Shown here: positions 10,746-19,505 of the stretch, piece after piece
Layout of the letters: the number at the start of each line of letters is the position of its first letter
Numbering within the stretch: the first letter of the stretch is position 1
Assembly (NCBI GenBank): GCA_963758635.1
Contig: CAVWWD010000005.1
Coordinates: 224,001 to 288,000, forward strand
DNA: 64,000 bases
DNA from: an uncultured Candidatus Rokubacteria bacterium
GTDB lineage: Bacteria > Methylomirabilota > Methylomirabilia > Rokubacteriales > CSP1-6
Direction: 5' to 3'
Made by a program: the position numbers and the translations under genes
The notes under the pieces: model-generated
Seen by the model: only the letters and a program-made list of their open reading frames with translations
Told to the model about the DNA's origin: nothing
The model's database searches: none

Positions 10746-10862
10746 CATGGCGTTCGGTGTGGGCACCAAAGCTGCAGTATGTGGCCCTGGGTTTTCCCGC
10801 TTCTGGGGTAGGATCGTGCGGCCAGCCGTCCGATCGACATCAGCGCGTGCGAAGGGGAGCGA

Positions 10863-11408
10863 ATGGACCGTCTTCTGTTCCTGGTGGCGCGAGACCAGCC
10901 CGACCTGTGGGATCAGCTCAACAAGGAGTTCTCCGGGCGCGACGTGGCCGTGGTGGTGGATCGCCGTCGAGGCGAGCGCCGCCGGGCCGAGGCGTCGAGC
11001 GCGGACAATCGCCGACAAACGGAGCGGCGCGAGAGCGCCGAGGTGGACCGCGAGGTCCGCTCCCGCGGCTTCTCGGTGATCCGGCTCGACGGAGCCGCGC
11101 ACCGCGAGGGCAACCCGCGGGCGGTGCGCACGGTGCAGGCGTACATCCAGGAACGGTTCCGTCACTTCACCACGGTGACCTCGTGGGATGCGCGACGCGA
11201 AGGACAGACCTTCGTCATCTTCAACGGCGCGGGCCGGCCGGCGCACCGCGTCCTCTTCGATCGTGAGTTCCTGGACTACTACGGCTCCTCGATGGCCGAC
11301 CGCATCGCGAGCGTGCTCGACGAGTGGAAGCTCACGAGCTACCTCGAGGGCGTGGGCTCACAGCTCGTCGTGGTCTCCAGCTACGGGGTTCGCTCCACCG
11401 ACCACTGA
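10863..11408 (+). CDS. Hypothetical A+B fusion protein
   Basis: GGGGAG RBS; N-half matches 8413-8727, C-half matches 7783-8100. Confidence 0.85.
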   Translation: MDRLLFLVARDQPDLWDQLNKEFSGRDVAVVVDRRRGERRRAEASSADNRRQTERRESAEVDREVRSRGFSVIRLDGAAHREGNPRAVRTVQAYIQERFRHFTTVTSWDARREGQTFVIFNGAGRPAHRVLFDREFLDYYGSSMADRIASVLDEWKLTSYLEGVGSQLVVVSSYGVRSTDH

Positions 11409-11444
11409 CCAGCGGCGGCGCGCCGTGGCCTGGCGCGCCTCGAT

Positions 11445-12458
11445 CTAGCGCGCCTCGATCTGGCGGAGAGCATCGCGCGCCGCCACCCTGAGCTCCTCGC
11501 GTAGCACACCTTCCTTCTGCCTGAGCACCGCATCCCGGGTCGACGTGTCCAGATCGTGTGCGCGATCGCTCTCGGCGAGGCGGCGGAGCTCGGGCACGGC
11601 CTCGCGGGCCGCGGGGCCGATGCCGCCCAGCGCGGACGCGGCGCTCGTGCGCACCGACGTGTTCTGGTCGCGCAGCGCGGCCCGGAGCGCGGGCACCGCC
11701 GCTCGCGCGTCGGGGCCGATGCTCCCGAGGGCCGAGCAGGAGCTCATGCGGAGCACGGCGTTGCCGTCGCGGAGCGCCTGGACAAGGGCGGGCACGGCGT
11801 CCCGCCCCGCCGGCCCCATGCCGGCCAGGCCGAGCGCGGCGCCCACCCGCACCTCGCCCGCGGGATCGGTCAGCGCGCGCGCCAGGGCGGGCACGGCGTC
11901 GCGCGCGGCGGCCCCCACGCGGCCCAGCGCGACCGCGACGTCGAAGCGCACGCGCGGCTCCCGGTCGCGGAGCCCGCGCGCGAGCGCGGGCGATGCCTCG
12001 GCCGCCGCCGGCCCCACCTGACCGATCCCGCGCGCCGCGCTCACGCGTACGTCGGGGTCGGGGTCGCGGAGGCCCTCGACCAGGCGAGGCACCGCGGCCT
12101 CGCCGAAGAACGCGAGCGCGGAGAGCGCGGCGGCGCGGCCCCGCGGCGCGGGATCTCGGAGGTCCTCCTGCCACTCGGCGAAGGTGCGCCCGCGCCAGCG
12201 CTCGTGGGGCGCCAGCGCGCGGGCGCGCGCCGACGACGCTGGCGGCGGCGCGGGCCGCGACGAGCCGGCATCGAGGCCGCGCGACACGCGCTCGGCCTGG
12301 CGGCGATACGCCTCGGGCACCTGGTTCAGGTCGTCGGCCATGTGGACCGCGCCCGTCTCGTCGGTCCAGCGGTAGATCTGGGCGACGGCGGGCAGGGGGC
12401 CGAGCACGCAAGCGAGCGCGGCGACGGCCAGTCCGACGCGCCCACGCATCGCGCTCAC
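11445..12458 (-). CDS. Exported DUF4124 + HEAT-repeat protein
   Basis: Signal peptide, IYRWTDETG.VH..D, repeated AVPAL..AL.D....VR..AA.ALG. Confidence 0.85.
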   Translation of the reverse strand: MSAMRGRVGLAVAALACVLGPLPAVAQIYRWTDETGAVHMADDLNQVPEAYRRQAERVSRGLDAGSSRPAPPPASSARARALAPHERWRGRTFAEWQEDLRDPAPRGRAAALSALAFFGEAAVPRLVEGLRDPDPDVRVSAARGIGQVGPAAAEASPALARGLRDREPRVRFDVAVALGRVGAAARDAVPALARALTDPAGEVRVGAALGLAGMGPAGRDAVPALVQALRDGNAVLRMSSCSALGSIGPDARAAVPALRAALRDQNTSVRTSAASALGGIGPAAREAVPELRRLAESDRAHDLDTSTRDAVLRQKEGVLREELRVAARDALRQIEAR

Positions 12459-13051
12459 GAGCCACCGGGCCGGCGCCGCGCGGCGATGCGGCGGCGCGCG
12501 TACTCACGCAGGGCACGGCGGATGCCCGGAAACGCCACCTGGGCCAGGGGCAAGCGGGTCAGCGGGAACCACGCCAGCTCGCTGACGTCGCTGCGCGGCC
12601 GCGGCGTGCCCGAGAGCCCCGCCGCGTACACGATGGCGAGCAGGGGAGTCCCGCCGCGCCCGTACGTGTCGTTGAAGAATCCGAACAGGCTCGGCCGGCG
12701 CGGCGCCGCACCCAATTCCTCGCGCAGCTCGCGCCGCAGCGCGCGCTCCGGATGCTCGCCCGCCTCGAGAAATCCGCCCGGGATGTCCCACGTGCCCTCG
12801 TACGGGGGCGCGCCGCGCCGGGCGAGGAGGATGCGCCCGCCGCGCTCGATGATCGCTCCCGCCGCGGGGACGGGATTGTCGTAAAACGTGTAGCCGCAGC
12901 GCGCGCAGCGCCGCCTCGCGCGTCCTTCCTCGCGGACGGTGGCGAGCCGGGCGCCGCAGGCCAGGCAGTGGCGGGCACGCTGGTGGGCGCGTCGCGAGGG
13001 CGGCGCTTTCGGGTTTGGCACTTTCGCGTTTGGCAGGCTCGGCTTCCGCAC
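12455..13051 (-). CDS. NUDIX hydrolase with N-terminal zinc ribbon (start uncertain)
   Basis: C..CG...C..CG; GGFLEAGE....ALRRELREELG Nudix box. Confidence 0.9.
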   Translation of the reverse strand: MRKPSLPNAKVPNPKAPPSRRAHQRARHCLACGARLATVREEGRARRRCARCGYTFYDNPVPAAGAIIERGGRILLARRGAPPYEGTWDIPGGFLEAGEHPERALRRELREELGAAPRRPSLFGFFNDTYGRGGTPLLAIVYAAGLSGTPRPRSDVSELAWFPLTRLPLAQVAFPGIRRALREYARRRIAARRRPGGS

Positions 13052-13061
13052 TCTAGTTCAC

Positions 13062-13124
13062 GGTTCTGTCCACTGCATTACCCTATCCGCTCGGCTCGCC
13101 TTCGGCTGCAGCTCCTCGCAAAGC
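13062..13124. repeat. Second dispersed repeat family, copy 1
   Basis: TCCACT.CATT.CC.TAT.CGCTCGGCTCGCCTTCGGCT...CTCGCAAAGC, shared with 47582-47640. Confidence 0.75.
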
Positions 13125-13182
13125 CCGCAAGGTATGCAAGGCTAGCTTGAGCCGTGGCGCTCACCCGTCTAGACTACGGGCC

Positions 13183-13443
13183 ATGGCCGACTCGTTCAAA
13201 GAGTTCGAGGCCGAGAGCCTCTTCTGCGCGAAGTGCCAGCGCGCGACCCCCGTGCGCAAGCGCCTCCTCCTCGTTCTGCCCACCGGCAACAAGTACGACT
13301 ACCTCTGCAGCGCGTGCGGCGCCGCCGTCGGCGGCAAGACCGACAACGACGCGACCGATTTCCATCGCGCCGCGCCGCCGCCCACCGGGCTTCCGGGCCC
13401 GAGCGCGCCACGCGGACCCATCCCGCTCCGCCGGCGGCGCTGA
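13183..13443 (+). CDS. Small zinc-ribbon hypothetical protein
   Basis: CxxC...CxxC (FCAKCQ, LCSACG); TTGAGC-N17-TAGACT 7 nt upstream. Confidence 0.75.
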   Translation: MADSFKEFEAESLFCAKCQRATPVRKRLLLVLPTGNKYDYLCSACGAAVGGKTDNDATDFHRAAPPPTGLPGPSAPRGPIPLRRRR

Positions 13444-13475
13444 CCCGGAAAAACGCGCGGCGGCGCGCCCTTTCC

Positions 13476-13504
13476 TTGACTCACCTGCGTCACCCTCTTA
13501 GCAT
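13476..13504 (+). promoter_or_regulatory. Sigma70-type promoter for bactofilin-TPR genes
   Basis: TTGACT-N17-TAGCAT. Confidence 0.55.
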
Positions 13505-13546
13505 GAGGACCATGATCGCTCGCCGGCACGCGGCCGCGGCTCGTCC

Positions 13547-14023
13547 ATGGGCGTCGTGAAATCGACGCTCGGTTACCTCGGCCTCAGCGGATCCGCCGAG
13601 GACGAGGAGGCCGGGCCCGCCGCGCCGATCCGCCGCGAGGTCCGAGCCGACGCCGGCGACGCCGCGCTCATCGGCGCGCGCCTGTCCTTCCGCGGCGAGA
13701 TCAGCGGCGAGGGCGACTTCCGCATCCTCGGCACGTTCGAGGGCGAGATCAACGTCACCGGACGCGTCTTCGTGGGCGAGGGCGCGCAAGTGGACGCCAA
13801 CATCAACGCCGCCGCCATCGTGATCGGCGGCTCGGTGCGCGGGAACCTCTCGGCCACCACGCGCGTCGAGATCCTGCCGTCGGGCGTCCTCACCGGCTCG
13901 CTGCGCACGGGCAGCTTCTCCGCCGCCGACGGCGCGTCGGTCAAGGGCGAGATCTGGGTGGAGCGCCCGGCGGCGCCGAAGGCCGGCGCCGAGCCCGAGC
14001 CGCGCGGCGGCCGCCCGTCATGA
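13547..14023 (+). CDS. Bactofilin (polymer-forming cytoskeletal protein)
   Basis: IG..L.F.GEI..EG.F.I.G..EG.I, I.IGG.V.GN..A..RVEI beta-helix pattern. Confidence 0.9.
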   Translation: MGVVKSTLGYLGLSGSAEDEEAGPAAPIRREVRADAGDAALIGARLSFRGEISGEGDFRILGTFEGEINVTGRVFVGEGAQVDANINAAAIVIGGSVRGNLSATTRVEILPSGVLTGSLRTGSFSAADGASVKGEIWVERPAAPKAGAEPEPRGGRPS

Positions 14024-14661
14024 GCTGGCTCCCGGCCTCGCCGCTCATCCGCGGCATCGTCCTCGGCGCGGTGGCCCTGGTCATCGTCGCCGGGCTCGGC
14101 GGCGCCGGCTGGGCCTGGTACAGCGCCCAGGAAACGCGCGCCCGCGAGGCCTACGTCGAGGTCAACGAGCTGGTCCGCCAGTCCCAGGCTCCCGCGGCCA
14201 CTGCCGACCAGCGGGCACGCGCGGTGACCGCGCTCGAGAACATCCTCGCCACTCACGGGCGCTCGGGCGTCGTCCCGCAGGCCGGGTTCCAGCTCGGCAA
14301 CCTCCGCTACGCGGAGGGACAGTACGCCAAGGCGCGCGGCGCCTACCAGGTGGCCCTCGCGGGCGGCGCCTCCGGAAGCCTCAAGGCGCTCTGCGCCCTT
14401 GGCATCGCCTACACGTGGGAGGCGGAGAAGGACTACGCCAAGGCCCTGACCGCGTACGAGGCCGCGCTGGCCGGCCGGGGGGCCTCGGACTTTCTCTACG
14501 AGGAGATCCTCGCGGACCTGGGCCGAGTCCAGGAGCTGGGCGGCCAGCGTCAGGCCGCGATCGACACGTACCAGCGCATCCTGAAGGACGTCCCGGACAG
14601 CCGTCGCGCCGACGACATCCGCTCGCGCCTCGCGAGCCTCCGCAGCACGCCCGCGAAGTAG
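14020..14661 (+). CDS. Membrane-anchored TPR protein, YfgM-like
   Basis: N-terminal TM helix followed by TPR helices. Confidence 0.75.
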   Translation: MSWLPASPLIRGIVLGAVALVIVAGLGGAGWAWYSAQETRAREAYVEVNELVRQSQAPAATADQRARAVTALENILATHGRSGVVPQAGFQLGNLRYAEGQYAKARGAYQVALAGGASGSLKALCALGIAYTWEAEKDYAKALTAYEAALAGRGASDFLYEEILADLGRVQELGGQRQAAIDTYQRILKDVPDSRRADDIRSRLASLRSTPAK

Positions 14662-14898
14662 CCGACCTCGCCGCGCGCCTTCGCCACCACGCACAGCTCT
14701 CCGGCGCCGTCCCCAAGCTCGCCATGTAGTCTGATAAGAGGGATTATGTTAAGTACAAGAACTCGGAGCACGCCCGAGAACCCCCCGACCACGCCACGCC
14801 TGCAGAAGGACCATTCCCTCGCGCCCACTGGCCACAGAGCGTTGCGCGAGGATCTGACCCCGAGGTGGCGTGCGCGCGCGGCTCGGGCGGTTCCGCGC

Positions 14899-16059
14899 TC
14901 AGGACCAGAGCCGGCGCGACGCGAGCACCGCGCCCTCGGCGAGGGTCGCGAGCTTGGCCCACACGACGCTGTCGGCCACCATGTCGGATCCCGCGAAGGT
15001 GCCGAACCCGCAGTCCACCGACGCGATGACGCGCGTGCGGTCGCCCACCGCGTCCACGACCTGGCAGATGCGGTCGGCCACGACCTCCGGGTGCTCGACG
15101 AAGTTGGTGGTCGAGTCGATGACGCCGGGCAAGAGCACCATGCCCGCGGGCAACGGATGACGCGTGAACACCTTCCACTCGTGGGCGTGGCGCGGGTTGG
15201 CCATCTCCAGCGAGAGGCCGCCGACCCGAGCGCGGTACAGGATCGGCAGGATGTCGACGAGCGGCACGTCGTGGACGTGCGGCCCGTCGTAGTTGCCCCA
15301 GCACACGTGCAGCCGCACCCGGTCGGGCGGGATGTTCTGGACGGCGTGGTTCACCGCCTCCACGTGCAGCGCGACCGCGTCCTGGAACTGGGACAGCGAC
15401 TGCTTCTGGAAGAACCGCACGCGCTCCATGGCGAGGTCGGGGGCGTCCAGCTGGAGCACGAAGCCGCGGGCGTGGATCAACTCGTACTCCTTGCGCAGCT
15501 CCCGGGCCAGCGCCATCACGTAGCGCTCGTGGGAGTCGTAGTGCGCGTTGAGCAGGATCGTCGCGGCCACGCCCGGGGTCGCCGCGGTCATGAACGGCTC
15601 GACGAAGCGCCGCGTCTCGCCCTCGGCCGCGCGGCGGAACAGGTCGCACTCCCGCTCGGCCTCGGAGAGGTCCGCGTACTCGACCTCGGCCACCGCCTGC
15701 GGCGCGTCGTTGATGCGGGCGGCGGAGCGCCGCCGGGCGCTCAGCATGGCCGCGTAGTCCGGGAACTCGATGAGGTCGAGCGACAGCGGCCGCGCGCTCG
15801 CCCCGCCGAACCCGCGCATGCGCCGCGCGACGTACGTCGAGAACCCCACGCGCGGCTGCTCGCCGTCGTTGCCCACGTCGATGCCGGCCTCGAGCTGCCG
15901 ACGCACCACGGTGCGCACGGCCTGCTCCACCTGGCGCGCGAGCTCCGCCTCATCGATCGCCTCACCCCGGTCCTGCCGCACCAGGAGGTCCCGGAGCGTG
16001 GGGTTCCGCGGCAGGCTGCCGACGTGGGTGGTGAGGATCCGATCCTGGCTCGTCTGCAC
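14899..16059 (-). CDS. Cobalamin-independent methionine synthase II / MetE-like family protein
   Basis: ILTTHVGSLPR, NDGE, LHVCWGN, DCGF zinc ligands. Confidence 0.88.
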   Translation of the reverse strand: MQTSQDRILTTHVGSLPRNPTLRDLLVRQDRGEAIDEAELARQVEQAVRTVVRRQLEAGIDVGNDGEQPRVGFSTYVARRMRGFGGASARPLSLDLIEFPDYAAMLSARRRSAARINDAPQAVAEVEYADLSEAERECDLFRRAAEGETRRFVEPFMTAATPGVAATILLNAHYDSHERYVMALARELRKEYELIHARGFVLQLDAPDLAMERVRFFQKQSLSQFQDAVALHVEAVNHAVQNIPPDRVRLHVCWGNYDGPHVHDVPLVDILPILYRARVGGLSLEMANPRHAHEWKVFTRHPLPAGMVLLPGVIDSTTNFVEHPEVVADRICQVVDAVGDRTRVIASVDCGFGTFAGSDMVADSVVWAKLATLAEGAVLASRRLWS

Positions 16060-16174
16060 GATGCGTCTCCTCTCATCGGTTTCACGGATGGCGGAATTCG
16101 ACTCCGGCGCGCGCCCTCACATCGCGTTTCTGCGTGCGCGCGCGAAGCCACGTTCCGAATGATCGCAAGGTCTC

Positions 16175-18218
16175 TCAGTCGAGGACCACGAGGGCGTCCA
16201 CCGCGACGGCCTCCGATCCCTGGACGATGAGCGGGTTGACGTCGATCTCGCGGACCCGGGGATGGTCGGCGAGGACACGGCCGATCCCGACCAGGGCTCG
16301 CGCCACCGGCTCGGCCTCCCAGCCCGGCAGGCCACGGTACCCCGACGCGAGGCGGCGGCGAAGCCCGGCCGGGGCGATGGCCCGCGCCGTGTCGATCGCC
16401 ACGGGCGCGAGGGCCAGCGACACGTCGCCGACCGCCTCGGCGAGGAAGCCGCCCAGCCCGACCACGACCACCGGCCCGAATCCCTCGTCGCGCCGGCCCC
16501 CGGCGAGCAGCTCGCTGCCCGCGCGACACCTGCTCCTGCACCAGCACCGGCCCGCCGCCGACGTGGCCCGCGATGGTCGCCCACGCCCGGCTCACCCCCT
16601 CGAGGCTCGCCACGTCCGTGACCACGCCGCCGGCCTCGGTCCGGTGCAGCACGTCCGGCCGCGCCGTCTTGAGCACCACCGGGAACCCGATCCGCCACGC
16701 CGCCTCGCGCGCGGCGTCCTCGGAGTGCACGAGCACCTCGTGGCAGAAGCGCACGCCGTACGCGGCGAGGAGCTCGCGGGCCAGGTCGTAGGGCATCGGC
16801 CCGTGGGCGGAAGCCAGGATGGACTCCAGCTCCACACGAAGCACGGGCGGAGGCACCGCGGCCGGCACGGGCTCGGGCCCCTGCCCCGCCGTCCACAGCG
16901 CCCGGAAGGCGCGCACCGCACGCTCCGGCGTGGGATAGACGGGGACGCCGGCCTTTGCCAGCGTGGCCGAGACGCCGGGCGCGTCCACCGCGCAGGCGAC
17001 GAGAGGCTTGCCGGCGGCGCGCGTCGAGTCGACGAGGCCCGAGGCCAGCTCCGCCAGGTCGAGACCAACCGTGATGGCTATGACCCCACCGACCTGCATT
17101 TTCGCTACGATGCGCTCCACGGCCTCAGGGATCAGTCGAGGCTCGACCTGGGGCGTGAGGTCGATGGGGTTGCCGAGCGCGGCGAAGGCAGGCACGAGCG
17201 GGCGTAGCTCATCGCGAAGGGCGTCGGGCGTGGGCGGCACGGCGATTCCCAGGGCCTCCGCGACGTCCGCGGCGACCACCGAGGGTCCGCCCGACACCGT
17301 GACGATGGCGAGGCTGGCGTCGCTCGGCCGGGGGGCTCCGCCGGCCAGGGCCTGGATGGCGTCGAAGAGCTCCTCCGTCTCCCCGCACTGGACGACGCCG
17401 GCCGCGCGGAATGCGGCGGCGTGCACCTCCGCGGCCCCGGCGAGCGAGCCGGTGTGAGAGCCCGCCGCGCGGCGTCCGGCGTCGGTCCGGCCGCCCTTGA
17501 GCACCACCATCGGCTTGGCGGCGGTGACCCGACGCGCGGCCGCGACGAAGCGCCGGCCGTCCGGGACCGACTCCACGAAGCAGGCGACCAGACGCGTCTC
17601 GGGATCGCCGGCCAGGAACTCGAGCGCGTCGGCGACGCTCACGTCCGCCTGGTTCCCGATGGACAGGAACCGCGCCACGCCGAGGCCGAGCCCGCCCAGG
17701 TGCCGCACGATCAGCCCGCCGTAGGCGCCGCTCTGGGAGACGACGGCGATGCCGCCGGGCAGGCGCGGCAGCTCCCAGAAGTACGTCCCGTTCAGCGCGA
17801 CCGGCGCCGAGAACACGCCCATGCAGTTCGGCCCCACGAGCCGCATGCCCCCGGCGCGCGCGGTCTCCCGCAGCGCGGCCTGCTCGCGCCGGCCCCGGTC
17901 GTCGACCTCGCCGAACCCCGACGTGAGGATGACCGCCGCGCGCACGCCGCGGGCGGCGAGCGCGGTCACGGCGGGCAGGACCGCGGCGGGCGGGACGCTC
18001 ACGAGCGCGAGATCCACGCCGCGCGGCAGGTCGGCCACGTCGGCGAGGCTCGGACGGCCGAGGATGGGCTCGCCGGACGGGTTGACGACGAACACCTCGC
18101 CCGCGAAGCCGCCGCGGAGCACGTTGTCCAGCAGCACGTGACCCAGCTTGGCGGGGTTCCGCGAGGCGCCGAGGACGGCCACCCGGCGCGGCGCGAACAG
18201 GGCGTCGAGCGCGGTCAC
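16175..18218 (-). CDS. ADP-forming acyl-CoA synthetase (acetate-CoA ligase family), frameshift near 16520
   Basis: LFAPRRVAVLGAS, GPNCMG, SQSG, SHTGSLAG, NPIDL, ATP-grasp HRTEAGGV, EIDVNPL. Confidence 0.88.
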
Positions 18219-19505
18219 GCGGTGCGCCGGTCCACGACGCGGACCGCCTTGCCGGGCGCGCGCGGGATCTCCCCTTCCCCGAGGACGCGGATCTCCGGGG
18301 ACAAGGTGAGGAAGTCCTTGAGGTCGCGCTCGAGCGCGCGCAGGACGGACGGGTCCGGCGCCTCGCGCGCCTCCACGGCCAGCGTCATCCGGTCGGCCCC
18401 CCCGGGCTCGCGCTCGAGCACGATCTGGTACTCGTGCCCGAGGCCGGGGCGCCCCACCACGAGCGACTCGACCTGCCGGGGATAGAAGTTGACGCCGCGG
18501 AAGATCACCATGTCGTCGGTGCGGCCGCGCAGCCGGTCGACGCGGAGGTGCGTGCGGCCGCACGCGCACGCCTCGCGGCTCAGAATCCGCGTGAGATCCC
18601 GTGTCCGGTAGCGGATGAGCGGCAGCCCCTCGCGCGTGAGCGTGCTCACCACCAGCTCGCCCTCCTCGCCGTCGGGGCGCGGCCGCTCCGGTGACGGGAT
18701 CGACGATCTCGCAGTGATAGTGGTCCTCCCAGACGTGGATGCCGTCGTGGGCGCGGCAGTCGATGCCGAGGCCCGGGCCGCCCGTCTCGGTCATCCCGAT
18801 GATGTCGAAGGTCTCGAGCGACAGCTCCCGCTCGATCAGGAGCCGCAGGTCGTCCGACCAGACCTCGGCGCCGAGGATGGCCGCGCGCAGGCGCAGCGTG
18901 CCCAGGTCGAAGCGCTCCGCGCGCGCCACCTCGATCAGCCGGAGCGGATAGGTGGCGATCCCCGCGAGCACGGTCGCGCCCAGGTCACGCATCAGCATGA
19001 GCTGGAGCCCGGTGCGCCCCGCGCCCACCGGGATCGTGGTGGCGCCGATCCGCTCCGCCCCGTAGTGGAAGCCGAAGCCGCCGGTGAACAGGCCGAACGA
19101 CGCGGTGATCTGGATCACGTCGCCGGAGGTGACGCCGGCCGCCGCGTAGCAGCGCGCCATCACCTCGGCCCACTGCACGAGGTCGGCGCGCGTGTAGGGG
19201 TTGAGCACGGGGTTGCCGGTGGTGCCGGAGGACAGGTGCACGCGCATCACGTTGCCCCGGCCCGCGCAGGTGAGCGCCCACGGGTAGCCGTCGCGCAGGT
19301 CGTCCTTGGTGAGGAAGGGCAGGCGCGCCCAGTCCGCGGTGGAGCGGATGTCGGCGGGATCCACGTCGCCGAGCCGCGCGCGCCACGCGGCATTGGCGCC
19401 GGCGAGCGCGAGGGTCCGGCGCAGGCGCTCGAGCGTGAGCGTGGCGAGCTGCTCGCGCGGGCGCGTCTCGGCGACGATCTGGAACATCCAGGGCGCGACG
19501 CTCAC
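18215..19505 (-). CDS. Phenylacetate-CoA ligase (PaaK) family protein, frameshift near 18685
   Basis: LPFLTKDDLR, SSGTTG, LFTGGFGFHYGAERIG, GMTE.GGPG, PLIRYRT.D, GRTDDM. Confidence 0.88.
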
